IMG/VR virus record: IMGVR_UViG_2882613001_000002
Coordinates: 22,773 to 86,772 of that record
DNA: 64,000 nt
Reading direction: 5' to 3' (one strand)
Origin: a virus
Taxonomy: Duplodnaviria > Caudoviricetes
Shown here: piece by piece, positions 1-8,747 of the stretch
Numbering within the stretch: the first letter of the stretch is position 1
Layout of the letters: each line of letters starts with the position of its first letter
Program-made: the position numbers and the translations under genes
Notes under the pieces: model-generated
What the model was told of the DNA's origin: nothing
Database searches by the model: none
Seen by the model: only the letters and a program-made list of their open reading frames with translations

Positions 1-1
1 C

Positions 2-172
2 ATGTTGCGCGCGCCAGACGGCGCGACCATCGCGGAGATCATGGCCGCGACTGGATGGCAGTCACACACCGTGCGCGGCGCGATGTCCGGCACGCTCAAG
101 AAGAAGCTCGGGCTCGAAGTGACCTCGGACAAGGTCGAGGATCGGGGCCGCGTTTACACTATCCGCGACTGA
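2..172 (+). CDS. DUF3489-family protein, C-terminal part (runs off the window edge)
   Basis: Manual translation MLRAPDGATIAEIMAATGWQSHTVRGAMSGTLKKKLGLEVTSDKVEDRGRVYTI* contains the GWQxHTVRG motif typical of DUF3489. Confidence 0.8.
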   Translation: MLRAPDGATIAEIMAATGWQSHTVRGAMSGTLKKKLGLEVTSDKVEDRGRVYTIRD

Positions 173-230
173 CGCACACGGCCCAACACACTGAGGACCG
201 CCGTCCTTGCTGGGGCGGCGGGCTACTGCG

Positions 231-620
231 TCATTTGAACAGCGAAATGAGTCCAAGCACGATCCCAATTGCTCCAAGGCCTACCGACCAAACCGCAAGC
301 CAAGCTGGAATGTAGATTCGGGGATCCGGCGTCCGAAGATACCAGCACACCTTGCCAAACGCCCCGAGCTCTTTGATTTCAAAATTCAGCGGCTCGTTCT
401 TCTTGACTCCAAGTGATTGCCTTGAATCGAAGGCCATGTAGATAGAGGTGTGATCGTCGTGGCCGAGCAAAACTGCATCGCATGACTTAGATCGGTCGGC
501 AGTGTTTATTATTCGAGCGACGCCGTATCGCCCAACCCCACTCCGATACGACTGATGCACGCGGACGATCGAACTGCCCCATTCGCTTCGATCGAGCCCT
601 TTGACTTCTAATTCTGGCAT
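231..620 (-). CDS. Hypothetical protein with a C-terminal transmembrane anchor (moron-like)
   Basis: 129-aa ORF with a hydrophobic C-terminus (WLAVWSVGLGAIGIVLGLISLFK). Lower GC than its flanks. Confidence 0.65.
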   Translation of the reverse strand: MPELEVKGLDRSEWGSSIVRVHQSYRSGVGRYGVARIINTADRSKSCDAVLLGHDDHTSIYMAFDSRQSLGVKKNEPLNFEIKELGAFGKVCWYLRTPDPRIYIPAWLAVWSVGLGAIGIVLGLISLFK

Positions 621-694
621 GTTCTGGTCCCGGCTGATTTGGGGACATCATACACCTTCAGCGTGACAAGTAGTAAGATCTATGCAAGTCGAAG

Positions 695-913
695 TTACGC
701 TTTCTCGCGCAATCGTTCGAAAATCCGCCGCAGCGCGAATGAACGCGCGATGCTCACCACCGTGAAGATTGCGCCCATCTTCAGGTTCTGCGCCAATGTC
801 GTATGCAGCCCAAAGATCGGAAAGATCAGGATCTGCGTGATGACCGCAACGCCGTAGCCGATGACCACGTTGGCGACGGACTCGATCAGCGACATGAGCC
901 GCGATTGCTTCAT
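695..913 (-). CDS. Small conserved phage membrane protein (DUF7220-like)
   Basis: MKQSRLMSLIESVANVVIGY...SIARSFALRRIFE pattern, usual next to phage MTases. ATGA overlap with 910..2094. Confidence 0.75.
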   Translation of the reverse strand: MKQSRLMSLIESVANVVIGYGVAVITQILIFPIFGLHTTLAQNLKMGAIFTVVSIARSFALRRIFERLREKA

Positions 914-2094
914 GTCGCCACCTCATTCATCGGCCAGCAATTGAGCCGCGAGAGTTCGGAGCGCATGCGCGGCAACCAGTGGGACCACGCCGTTGCCGCA
1001 GAGCCGAAGGCGGTCCACCCGGTGGGCCAGCCCATCAGCGCCTCGACGAATGCTGGGTTCAGCGTCCGGCGCGGCTCGGAGGTATCGCTCCCAGCCGTCG
1101 GCGTCACCAGGACCTGGCGGCCAAGCAGGCCGTTGACCGGCGTGTTCGCCAATGTCGTCGCCCCGTCCTTGTGATCCCGCGCCGTTGGCGTCATCCACAT
1201 CTGGCTGGCGCTGGTCAGGTCGGCCGATTTGCGATTGCCCGCGCTCGGCTTGTTGCCGTCCGTCGCCATCGGCGTTGGCCAGTCCCGCGCCATGCCATCG
1301 AGACCCTTCTCGTGTCTCCGGGCACCGCCCCGGCTGCGAAAGTTGTCGGTCTGCGGCGTTGGCCACATCGCGGCCGATGTCGCCAGGTTCATCCCGTGTT
1401 TGCCCGCCGATTGTGATGGCGTCGGTTTCGTCTGCCGGTTCTCGTTGGCGCTCGCCCGTGGCGTTGGCCAGAGCCGCAGCATCTCCGTCCGGTTCCCACC
1501 GCTCGAGCGGGTCCCGGAGCAAGCGCGCGGGGTTGGCAAGTTGATCGTGCTCGCGGTGCGCGACGATGAAGAGCCGCTCGCGCTTGTGGGGTGCACCGAC
1601 TTCCGCCGCCGTGAAGAGGCCTGCCGCAAGGCGGTAGCCCATGCCGACCAGTCCGCTGGCGACTTCGGGAAATCCGAGGCGGACATGATGGGCGACATTT
1701 TCGAGGAAGACGAAGGGTGGCTCGACCTCTCCGATGATGCGCGCGACATGCGGCCAGAGGTGCCGCGGGTCGTCCGCGCCCCGGCGCTTGCCCGCGACGG
1801 AGAACGGCTGGCACGGATATCCCGCAGTGACGATGTCCACCGCGCCGCGCCACGGGCGGCCGTCAAAGCTGGCAACATCGTCCCAGACAGGTGCCGGATC
1901 CAGGGCCGCCTCTTCCATCCGCGCCACGAGAATGGCCGCGGCGTAGGTTTCCCGTTCGACATGGCCCACAGTTCGATAGCCGGGCATGGCAATGGTGAGC
2001 CCGAGGTCGAGCCCGCCTGCGCCGGAGCAGAGCGAGAGGCCGAACAGGTCTCCGGCTCCGGAACCGTGTCCGGAGGAAGGTAAAGCCAGGTCAT
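910..2094 (-). CDS. Alternative-frame partner (beta-like polypeptide) of the C5 methyltransferase
   Basis: 394-codon open frame with WPTP/WMTP repeats and a C-terminal LNPAFVEALMGWPTGWT (motif IX-like). Its stop overlaps the next ATG. Confidence 0.6.
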   Translation of the reverse strand: MTWLYLPPDTVPEPETCSASRSAPAQAGSTSGSPLPCPAIELWAMSNGKPTPRPFSWRGWKRRPWIRHLSGTMLPALTAARGAARWTSSLRDIRASRSPSRASAGARTTRGTSGRMSRASSERSSHPSSSSKMSPIMSASDFPKSPADWSAWATALRQASSRRRKSVHPTSASGSSSSRTASTINLPTPRACSGTRSSGGNRTEMLRLWPTPRASANENRQTKPTPSQSAGKHGMNLATSAAMWPTPQTDNFRSRGGARRHEKGLDGMARDWPTPMATDGNKPSAGNRKSADLTSASQMWMTPTARDHKDGATTLANTPVNGLLGRQVLVTPTAGSDTSEPRRTLNPAFVEALMGWPTGWTAFGSAATAWSHWLPRMRSELSRLNCWPMNEVAT

Positions 2095-2098
2095 GCAT
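923..2098 (-). CDS. DNA cytosine-5 methyltransferase (alpha-like polypeptide)
   Basis: Motifs I (LCSGAGG), IV (GYPCQPFS), VI (ENV), VIII (HKRERLFIV) and X (GNGVVP). No motif IX in this frame. Confidence 0.9.
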   Translation of the reverse strand: MHDLALPSSGHGSGAGDLFGLSLCSGAGGLDLGLTIAMPGYRTVGHVERETYAAAILVARMEEAALDPAPVWDDVASFDGRPWRGAVDIVTAGYPCQPFSVAGKRRGADDPRHLWPHVARIIGEVEPPFVFLENVAHHVRLGFPEVASGLVGMGYRLAAGLFTAAEVGAPHKRERLFIVAHREHDQLANPARLLRDPLERWEPDGDAAALANATGERQREPADETDAITIGGQTRDEPGDIGRDVANAADRQLSQPGRCPETREGSRWHGAGLANADGDGRQQAERGQSQIGRPDQRQPDVDDANGAGSQGRGDDIGEHAGQRPAWPPGPGDADGWERYLRAAPDAEPSIRRGADGLAHRVDRLRLCGNGVVPLVAAHALRTLAAQLLADE

Positions 2099-2102
2099 CG
2101 CC

Positions 2103-3356
2103 TCAGCGTGGGTTGGCCGTCAGATCGGCGAAGCTCTCACCGGTTTCGTCCAGCACGGCGGTCTGGCCCGTGAACTGCTGCCAGCGTTGCACGGCGACAT
2201 CGACGTAGGCCGGGTTCAGTTCGACCCCGAGGCACACACGGCCCGTGGTTTCCGCCGCGATCAGCGTGGTGCCGGACCCCATAAAGGGCTCGTAGACCGC
2301 CTGACCGGGGCTTGAATTGTTGAGGATCGGCCGGCGCATGCATTCGACGGGTTTCTGGGTCCCGTGCACGGTTTCCGCATCCTGATCTTTGTTGGCGATC
2401 TGCCAGAGCGTCGTCTGCTTGCGGTCGCCCGCCCAATGGCCCTTGCCGGTTTTTTTCACGGCATAGAGGCAGGGTTCGTGCTGCCAGTGATAATCGCCGC
2501 GGCTCAGCACCAGGCGATCCTTGGCCCAGATGATTTGCGAGCGGATGTTGAAGCCGGAGGCCTCGAGGCTCTCGGCGACCGTCGTCGCATGCAGCGCGCC
2601 GTGCCAGACATAGGCCACATCGCCCGGGAACAGCGCCCAGGCCTCGCGCCAATCCGCGCGGTCGTCATTCAGCACCCTGCCGGTGCGCTTGGTGGCTGCG
2701 GCGCCAGCTTTGTTGCGCCAGCCGGGATCGTATTCGACTCCGTAGGGTGGATCGGTCACCATCAGCAGCGGTGTCACATCGCCGAGCAGACGTTCGACGT
2801 CCGTGGCCACCGTCGCGTCCCCGCAGAGCAACCGATGCTTTCCCAGCACCCAGAGATCGCCGGGACGGCTGATCGGGGTCTCGGGTGCCTCCGGAACATC
2901 GTCCTCTCTCTCACGGGATGCGGTCTCGGGATCGACCTCACCGGCCAACAGCGCTTCGAGCTCAGCATCGTCGAAGCCAATGAGCGACAGGTCAAAATCC
3001 TCGGCCAGCAGGTCGTTCAGCTCGGCCGAGAGCAGTGCTTCATCCCAGGTCCCGAGTTCCGTCAGCTTATTGTCCGCGATCCGGTAAGCCCGTCGTTGCG
3101 CCTCGGTCAAATGGCCCAGCACGATCACGGGGGCCTCGGTCAGCCCCAGCTGCGTCGCGGCCCATACCCGACCGTGGCCCGCGATCAGCTCTCCGTCGTC
3201 GGCGACGAGGCAAGGCACCGTCCAGCCGAACTCCGCCATGCTGGCGGCAATCTTCGCGACCTGATCCGCGCCATGCGCCTTTGCGTTCTTCGCATAGGGC
3301 TGGAGCCTGTGCAGCGGCCACATCTCGATTGCATCCGGGGCAAAGCTCAGGGTCAT
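2103..3356 (-). CDS. ParB/Srx-domain fused N6/N4 DNA methyltransferase
   Basis: N-terminal ParB-like segment (LIAGHGR, YRIADNKL), then DPPY, HGTQKP and YEPFMGSGTT motifs. Confidence 0.9.
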   Translation of the reverse strand: MTLSFAPDAIEMWPLHRLQPYAKNAKAHGADQVAKIAASMAEFGWTVPCLVADDGELIAGHGRVWAATQLGLTEAPVIVLGHLTEAQRRAYRIADNKLTELGTWDEALLSAELNDLLAEDFDLSLIGFDDAELEALLAGEVDPETASREREDDVPEAPETPISRPGDLWVLGKHRLLCGDATVATDVERLLGDVTPLLMVTDPPYGVEYDPGWRNKAGAAATKRTGRVLNDDRADWREAWALFPGDVAYVWHGALHATTVAESLEASGFNIRSQIIWAKDRLVLSRGDYHWQHEPCLYAVKKTGKGHWAGDRKQTTLWQIANKDQDAETVHGTQKPVECMRRPILNNSSPGQAVYEPFMGSGTTLIAAETTGRVCLGVELNPAYVDVAVQRWQQFTGQTAVLDETGESFADLTANPR

Positions 3357-3544
3357 GCGGGTCGGTTCGCCTCAATCGGGTGGACTCCGGATACCGGCAC
3401 CCAGCCTAGACCCCACGAGGGGTCCAGCGGCCATCGGGCGTATCCGGTGCCAAAGGTTTGTTTTATTGTGGTTTTCAGCAGATCGCAGGTGGATGCCTGC
3501 TAGGGGTGGCTTCCCAAAAAACCGGCCCTGTCGCTAGCGATATT

Positions 3545-3588
3545 GCGCGCTTCGCCCGCCCGTATACGTTTCGGGCCGGGAAGGACCC
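3545..3588 (-). other. Putative lambda-like cos site (cosQ plus cosN)
   Basis: Minus strand reads GGGTCCTTCCCGGCCCGAAACGTATACGGGCGGGCGAAGCGCGC; lambda reads GGGTCCTTTCCGG...TTACG/GGGCGGCGACCTCGCG. The site lies between the early and late regions. Confidence 0.5.
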
Positions 3589-3752
3589 GCGAAGTCAGCG
3601 GGTTAGCGGCTTGGGCCCCAGCTGGCCACCTTGGTGGACCCCGGAAGCCAGCTGCGCGGCCGCTGCCTGCGCGCGCCTCTCCCGAGTATATCCAATTTCT
3701 AGCCTCTCAGCCGGAAACTGTAACCCTTTGCGATGTCTCACTGAAAATTCTG

Positions 3753-4199
3753 TCACAGGACGATTTTCCTTGACAGGTTGTTCGCGTTCTCAACCACGAA
3801 ACGCCGTGACCGCTTCGAAGGCGGCACGCGCCCATTGAGCCGCCAGGTGATCAGCGCGAGGCCGTATTGCCAATGGCGGTTGGCCGCGGGGCGGCTGATC
3901 CCCATCTCCCAGCAGATCGGCTTCCACGGCGTGCGCTCGGCCCGCAACCAGACGATCCGGGCATCGTCCCGCTCCAGCCAGCGCAGCCAGAGCAATGCCT
4001 CCTCGGCCTCGGAGATCTGGCGCGGTCCCGGCCGGGGCCTGCGCATTTGCGGTTCCTGACCGACCTTGTCCGCGAAGCTGTGAAAATACTCGGGCCAGGC
4101 ATTGAAGAAGCCCTGCGGCATGACGCCGGGCAAGGTACGGAAGACATCGGCCGCGCTCTCCAGCCGGTCCTCCACGCGCGCTGTGGTCCACTCAGTCAT
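3753..4199 (-). CDS. DUF6362-like phage HTH protein (late regulator position)
   Basis: MTEWTTARVEDRLESAA...LLWLRWLE...RHWQYGLALI pattern, at the end of the early operon. Confidence 0.7.
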   Translation of the reverse strand: MTEWTTARVEDRLESAADVFRTLPGVMPQGFFNAWPEYFHSFADKVGQEPQMRRPRPGPRQISEAEEALLWLRWLERDDARIVWLRAERTPWKPICWEMGISRPAANRHWQYGLALITWRLNGRVPPSKRSRRFVVENANNLSRKIVL

Positions 4200-4395
4200 T
4201 GCCTACCTCCGGTTCCCGCTTGCCATAAAGGCGTTCGCCCAGCTGGCGGACCAACTCGCGCTCTGGCCAGGTGAGGCGATTGTCATCCACGGAGACTGCC
4301 AGAACGCCCTGTTCCTTCCAGCCGTCCTTTTTGACTTGATCGGGGCTGCGGCGAGTGCCCCCGAAGCCGCGAGGGGCGAAGCTCATGCGGTTCAT
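4192..4395 (-). CDS. Conserved phage hypothetical protein
   Basis: 67-aa ORF overlapping both neighbours. Confidence 0.65.
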   Translation of the reverse strand: MNRMSFAPRGFGGTRRSPDQVKKDGWKEQGVLAVSVDDNRLTWPERELVRQLGERLYGKREPEVGND

Positions 4396-4910
4396 GCCAT
4401 GCCTCCTTCGGTCTCGATCGCCCAGTGCAGGATCGCGATGGCGTCGGCCTCGTTGTCATCGGCCGGGCTGAAGCCACGCGCCTCAGCGGCTGCGATCATG
4501 GCCGCCTTGTTGGCGTTGCCCTTGCCAGTGGCGTGGCGCTTGATGGTTCCGACGGGCACGCCTTGGTAAGGCACGCCGCGCATCTCGGCCCATGCGGTCA
4601 GCGTGGCCATCAGCCCCCCATAGACATGCGCCGCATCGGTCCCGGCGTGGCGGCGAACTTCCTCGAACCAGATAGCGGCAATGGGACCAGACAACCGCTG
4701 CAACTCGCCCAACCAATTGGTGAAGCGCAGGTATCGCATCCCACCACCGTCATAGCGCCCGGGTTTGAACGAAGCCGTCCCGCTGGTGATAATGCCGTCC
4801 GCGGACCGTAGCGCCCAGCCCGTTGTGGTCCCAAGATCCAGGGCCAGGATGGTCGCCGACAAAGCTATCGTCTGGTGTTGACACACGGTTTCAATTTGCC
4901 TGTTCGACAT
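4392..4910 (-). CDS. Phage RuvC-like crossover junction endonuclease
   Basis: ILALDLGTTTGWA, FEEVRRH and DDNEADAIA motifs. Start reassigned to MSNRQ (GGAG upstream). Confidence 0.8.
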   Translation of the reverse strand: MSNRQIETVCQHQTIALSATILALDLGTTTGWALRSADGIITSGTASFKPGRYDGGGMRYLRFTNWLGELQRLSGPIAAIWFEEVRRHAGTDAAHVYGGLMATLTAWAEMRGVPYQGVPVGTIKRHATGKGNANKAAMIAAAEARGFSPADDNEADAIAILHWAIETEGGMA

Positions 4911-5011
4911 TGTCATCTCCATTGCTGCTCGAAAGGTGAAAGGTGCGGGGCAGATCGGCCCGTGCGCGGATACCCCACGACGTATGGGATGGGGCCAAAC
5001 CTGCTCGTTGC

Positions 5012-5210
5012 CCCCCATACGTAGTATGGGGGCTTTCCACACTAACTCCTCTTTTGCGGGTAACGTGCTGATAAAGAACGAGAAAATAGGAGTTCGGAGG
5101 AGTTGGGGAGGAGTTAGCCCACTAACTCCTCTTGTGGAGTAAGCCATTGATTTCATTGATACAGGAGTTAGGGAGGACATAGGAGTTAGGCCTCACTCCT
5201 AGGAGTTAGT
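5012..5210. repeat. Iteron-like repeat cluster (AGGAGTTAG/CTAACTCCT) with palindromes; candidate replication origin
   Basis: About 10 exact or degenerate GGAGTTAG copies in both orientations. CACTAACTCCTCTT occurs at 5040 and 5120, the palindrome ACTCCTAGGAGT at 5195-5206, and a hairpin at 5012-5032. Confidence 0.6.
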
Positions 5211-7579
5211 GAGCCCAAATCGTCGTCCGCAGCCGTCTCCGGATAGACCCAAACGGCCGGGTTTTCGACGTCCATGCAGACCCCGGAATTGGGGCATTTG
5301 TAGTGGCTGGGAAGGACGGGATCGGCGTCTTCGAAGACCTCTCCGGTCTCCGGATCGACACGCTCTTCGGGGCGAAACCGCATCCCATCGACGCAGAGGT
5401 AACCGAACCGGGATCGAACCTTCGGATAGCCAAAGGCGCTGCCATCTCGCAGGAATTTAACATGGCCCTTCGTGGCCAGAACACTCAACCGTTCGCGGAT
5501 GGTGTATTTGCTGCCAAGCCCACTCTGGTTCTCGAAGGCCTCGGCGAACTGCATGGTCGTGTAGAGTTGCCCGCTGGTGGCCTCCTCGAAAAGCAGGTCG
5601 AGGATCACATCGCGCTTGCGGTTGCGCTCGGCGTCATGTTTGGCCCCGACCTCCTTGCGAACCAGTCGCTCGTTCATGGGGTTCAACTCGACCCATTGCC
5701 CGTCGACTTTGTCGATCAGCTTGGCGGGAAGCGCAGGTCCGTTCCTGAGCTCGATCTCCAGCTTGCGTTCCGGGGCCTGTTCGTCGGGCCGGTGGAGGAT
5801 CAGGCCGGAGGTATAGAACCCGCGCAGCGCGCTGGCGCCTGAGAGCGCGAGGAAGGGATCGTCTTTGACCTGCTGCTTGCTGAGCTTCTTGGTGTGGTGG
5901 ACCAGGATCACCCCGCAATCGGGGTCGACATGGTCTCGCAGCACCTCGACGCGTTCCTTGAGGAAGAACATCATGGCGGTGTTGTCGTTCTCGCCGCCAC
6001 CATCGGGCCCGCCGTCGAACAGGTTGCGGATAGGGTCCACGCAGAGAATGTCAGGCGGTGCCTCCGGGAACGCTGTCTGCACGGCGCGCGCGACCCGCAC
6101 GCTGCCCTCGTTGTCGAGCAGCATCTTGAGCTTTGGCGTCGCAACGAAGGTGTCGCGCGCGGCGGCCAGCACCTCTGGCGGCAGGGCAATCTGCTTCAGG
6201 CGTTCGCGCAGATAGTGATACTGGATCTCCGCTTGAAGGTAGAAAATGCGTAGCGCCCGCGGCGGAGTGAACCCGAGGAATGACACGCCAGCCGCCATGT
6301 AGACGAGCCAGGAAATCAGAAGGTCGCTCTTGCCCACCTTGGGCGCGCCGCCCAGCACCAGAAGCCCGCCTGGCGTCAGCACACGCGGAGCAATGATGTC
6401 CTCCGGCATGGGGCTCTGGTCGTCGAGCAGCGCGCCGAGCGTGAAGGCAGGCATCTCCTGTGGCCCCGGTGGGCCGGAGTCCAGCCGGATCAGCGGCGGG
6501 CCGTATTTCTCGACATGCCGGTCCCAAAGCCGCTCGGACTCGCGTTTGAGCCGCTCTACTGGCCACTGGGGCCGCAGCATCGCGGCGTTGTAGCCACAGA
6601 TGCCTTCCCAACCCTCGTCTTTTGTCATCCGGCCCTCATGGACCATACGGATGAAATGGCCGATCGCGGCGGATGCTCCCTCGAAGCGGGACCAGTCGTC
6701 CTGCGCCCCCTCTCGCACGGGGGTCACCAGCACATCGTCCATGGCGGGCTTGTCCGGATGGGTGAACTCAGGCTGCAGGGACACGCCCGGCGCGGGCAGC
6801 ATGTCGGCGACCGCCTCGATGAACTCGTCCAGATCACGCTCGTGGGCGGCGTTCAGCTCGACAATACGCACCTGCGTTTTCAGGCTGTTCTTGTAATAGA
6901 CAGAGCCCGCCACGCGGATGGGCTGGTGGGCCGAGCGGAAATGCATGTCACCGCCGACCTTGGCGGCAATGTCACCGCGCAGACGGCAGACACGGGCGAT
7001 GTCTTCACCTTCCGCAGGCTCGGTCAGCATCCACCAGACGTGAGCTTTCCGCTGGCCCTCGGGCGTTACGCCGCCGCTTTCCACCACCATGGTCGGCGCG
7101 CCGAGGTGGCGTTCGAGGTGCGCACGCTTGGCAGCGATGTCGCCGGTGTCGAGATCGACCACGACGTTTTGCATCTGCAGGATTTCCGCTGCCTTGGCCT
7201 GGCCGGACGCGGCCACGGTGCCGGGTATCACGTAGACCGCTGCTCCCTGGCGCGAGGCCCATGTTGCGAAGGTCGCCATCTTCTCGGGGGCGGCCCGGTC
7301 CGCCTTGAGCCAGATGTTATGCGGACGGCCATCGATGCCCTGACCCTTGTCGATGAAACTGCGGACCGGGATCAGCCCGTCGCAATAGCCGAAGACGACT
7401 TGCATGAACTGGGCGATTTGCTCCGGATCAGGCTCGTCGCCGAACACGTCGACCTGCGGCGCGGCGTCATTGAAATCGCGCCACGGATTGAAATGAACGA
7501 TGTTCTCTTCGGGCCCATCGGGCACTGTGTCATCGCGCATTTGCGTGTCCTCGTCGGGATCGGCTGGCTCGTCAGTCAT
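5186..7579 (-). CDS. Primase-helicase (RepB-like primase domain plus AAA_25 ATPase)
   Basis: VDLD primase motif, Walker A GGAPKVGKS, Walker B ILCVDP, LVHHTKK. ATGA-coupled start at 7579. Confidence 0.8.
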   Translation of the reverse strand: MTDEPADPDEDTQMRDDTVPDGPEENIVHFNPWRDFNDAAPQVDVFGDEPDPEQIAQFMQVVFGYCDGLIPVRSFIDKGQGIDGRPHNIWLKADRAAPEKMATFATWASRQGAAVYVIPGTVAASGQAKAAEILQMQNVVVDLDTGDIAAKRAHLERHLGAPTMVVESGGVTPEGQRKAHVWWMLTEPAEGEDIARVCRLRGDIAAKVGGDMHFRSAHQPIRVAGSVYYKNSLKTQVRIVELNAAHERDLDEFIEAVADMLPAPGVSLQPEFTHPDKPAMDDVLVTPVREGAQDDWSRFEGASAAIGHFIRMVHEGRMTKDEGWEGICGYNAAMLRPQWPVERLKRESERLWDRHVEKYGPPLIRLDSGPPGPQEMPAFTLGALLDDQSPMPEDIIAPRVLTPGGLLVLGGAPKVGKSDLLISWLVYMAAGVSFLGFTPPRALRIFYLQAEIQYHYLRERLKQIALPPEVLAAARDTFVATPKLKMLLDNEGSVRVARAVQTAFPEAPPDILCVDPIRNLFDGGPDGGGENDNTAMMFFLKERVEVLRDHVDPDCGVILVHHTKKLSKQQVKDDPFLALSGASALRGFYTSGLILHRPDEQAPERKLEIELRNGPALPAKLIDKVDGQWVELNPMNERLVRKEVGAKHDAERNRKRDVILDLLFEEATSGQLYTTMQFAEAFENQSGLGSKYTIRERLSVLATKGHVKFLRDGSAFGYPKVRSRFGYLCVDGMRFRPEERVDPETGEVFEDADPVLPSHYKCPNSGVCMDVENPAVWVYPETAADDDLGSLTPRSEA

Positions 7580-8337
7580 TTGGCGAGGCCCCAGCACCGC
7601 TCGGCATGGGCACAGAACCGGCATTCAAAGAAGTCGCGCTTAGAGGCGATGCGCGGCAGCAGTTCACCGGCGTCGGTGGCCTGCAGGATCCGCACCGCGC
7701 GGTCGGACATGCGCTGCGCCAGATCGGCATCGAACGGCACGAGCTCATGATGCAGTTCGGCCGTGTCCTTGTTGATGGCAGTGAAGAGCGCCGGTGCGGC
7801 CGAGATCCCAGGCACCGCAGGCTCCATGTAGGCCTGGTAGATCGCGATCTGGGCGGCATAGACGGGCTTGGAAACCGTGACCCCGTCCTTGACGCAGGCG
7901 CGCCAGTTCTTCGCGTTCATGGTCTTACATTCCCAGAGCGCCGGGATGCGAAACCCAAGCGCTGCCGGGGCATCAGCGATGATCCCATCGACATGCCCAC
8001 GGATCCGGCCGCCCGCGACGGAGAATCCGAACTGGCCGCCATCGCGCTTTTGGGTCACCAGATCGATCCCGGCGGCGCGCAGCCAGCGGATCGCCAGGTC
8101 TTCGAGCTGATGACCGATGGCGAAGATCCGCAACGTCTGCCCGCCGAAGTCGGCACCGTCATCCTTCGGCGCGCCCGCAAACTCGAATTGCAGTGCGCGT
8201 TCGCAGGCGTGGCCGAGGCGGGACGCGCCGAGATAGGTCCGGGGTGGCGTGGCCTCGCGCTCGGCGATGAGGGCCGCGTCGACCAGCGCGTTGATCCGGT
8301 CGGCGGTGGACGGGCGGTGATTGAAGTCCAATGTCAA
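7576..8337 (-). CDS. PD-(D/E)XK Cas4-like exonuclease
   Basis: YLGASRLGHAC, GHVDG, WECKT, AQIAIY and terminal CRFC...C motifs. Confidence 0.8.
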   Translation of the reverse strand: MTLDFNHRPSTADRINALVDAALIAEREATPPRTYLGASRLGHACERALQFEFAGAPKDDGADFGGQTLRIFAIGHQLEDLAIRWLRAAGIDLVTQKRDGGQFGFSVAGGRIRGHVDGIIADAPAALGFRIPALWECKTMNAKNWRACVKDGVTVSKPVYAAQIAIYQAYMEPAVPGISAAPALFTAINKDTAELHHELVPFDADLAQRMSDRAVRILQATDAGELLPRIASKRDFFECRFCAHAERCWGLAK

Positions 8338-8744
8338 AACGGGATCTCCGGCGCGTTTGATTTGGCAATGTCGGCCATGGCCTCGCGGAAACCCTCGACT
8401 GCCTCCTCGATCAGTGCCCGCACCTGCGCCTCCGTCAGATCGGCAAGTGCGGTCTGCCAGCCGATCTCTTCCAACAGCAGCGCGACGCGTTTCAGGGTGG
8501 CAGTGATGGCAGCGCGTTCCTCTTCGGTCAGATCAACCATGGCAAAACGCTCCCGCGCCAAACGCGTCCAGAAGCCCTGGCAGGGCATCGAGCAGAACCA
8601 GACCGATGGCCGGGGCCGCTTCGAACGAACCGGATCGCGCCAGCCAAAACCACGCGTGGGTTGCCGGCAGACAGCACAGAGCGTGCCACGCGGATGCCAG
8701 AGACGCCGCCGCTCCTCGGCTGTGATTTTGAGTGAAGATGCCAT
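8334..8744 (-). CDS. DUF6511-like protein
   Basis: CxxC N-terminus, FCSMPC, and an MVDLTEEE...EIPF C-terminus. Confidence 0.65.
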   Translation of the reverse strand: MASSLKITAEERRRLWHPRGTLCAVCRQPTRGFGWRDPVRSKRPRPSVWFCSMPCQGFWTRLARERFAMVDLTEEERAAITATLKRVALLLEEIGWQTALADLTEAQVRALIEEAVEGFREAMADIAKSNAPEIPF

Positions 8745-8747
8745 GGG

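Noticed and set aside
4911-5180. N-terminal extension of the RuvC-like ORF
   Set aside because: It runs through the repeat/origin region; the RBS and domain start support 4910.
5012-5210. CRISPR array (also considered for 52800-52885 and 43941-43995)
   Set aside because: The repeats are short, irregular or bidirectional, with no unique spacers and no cas operon. The Cas4-like nuclease sits in a phage replication operon.
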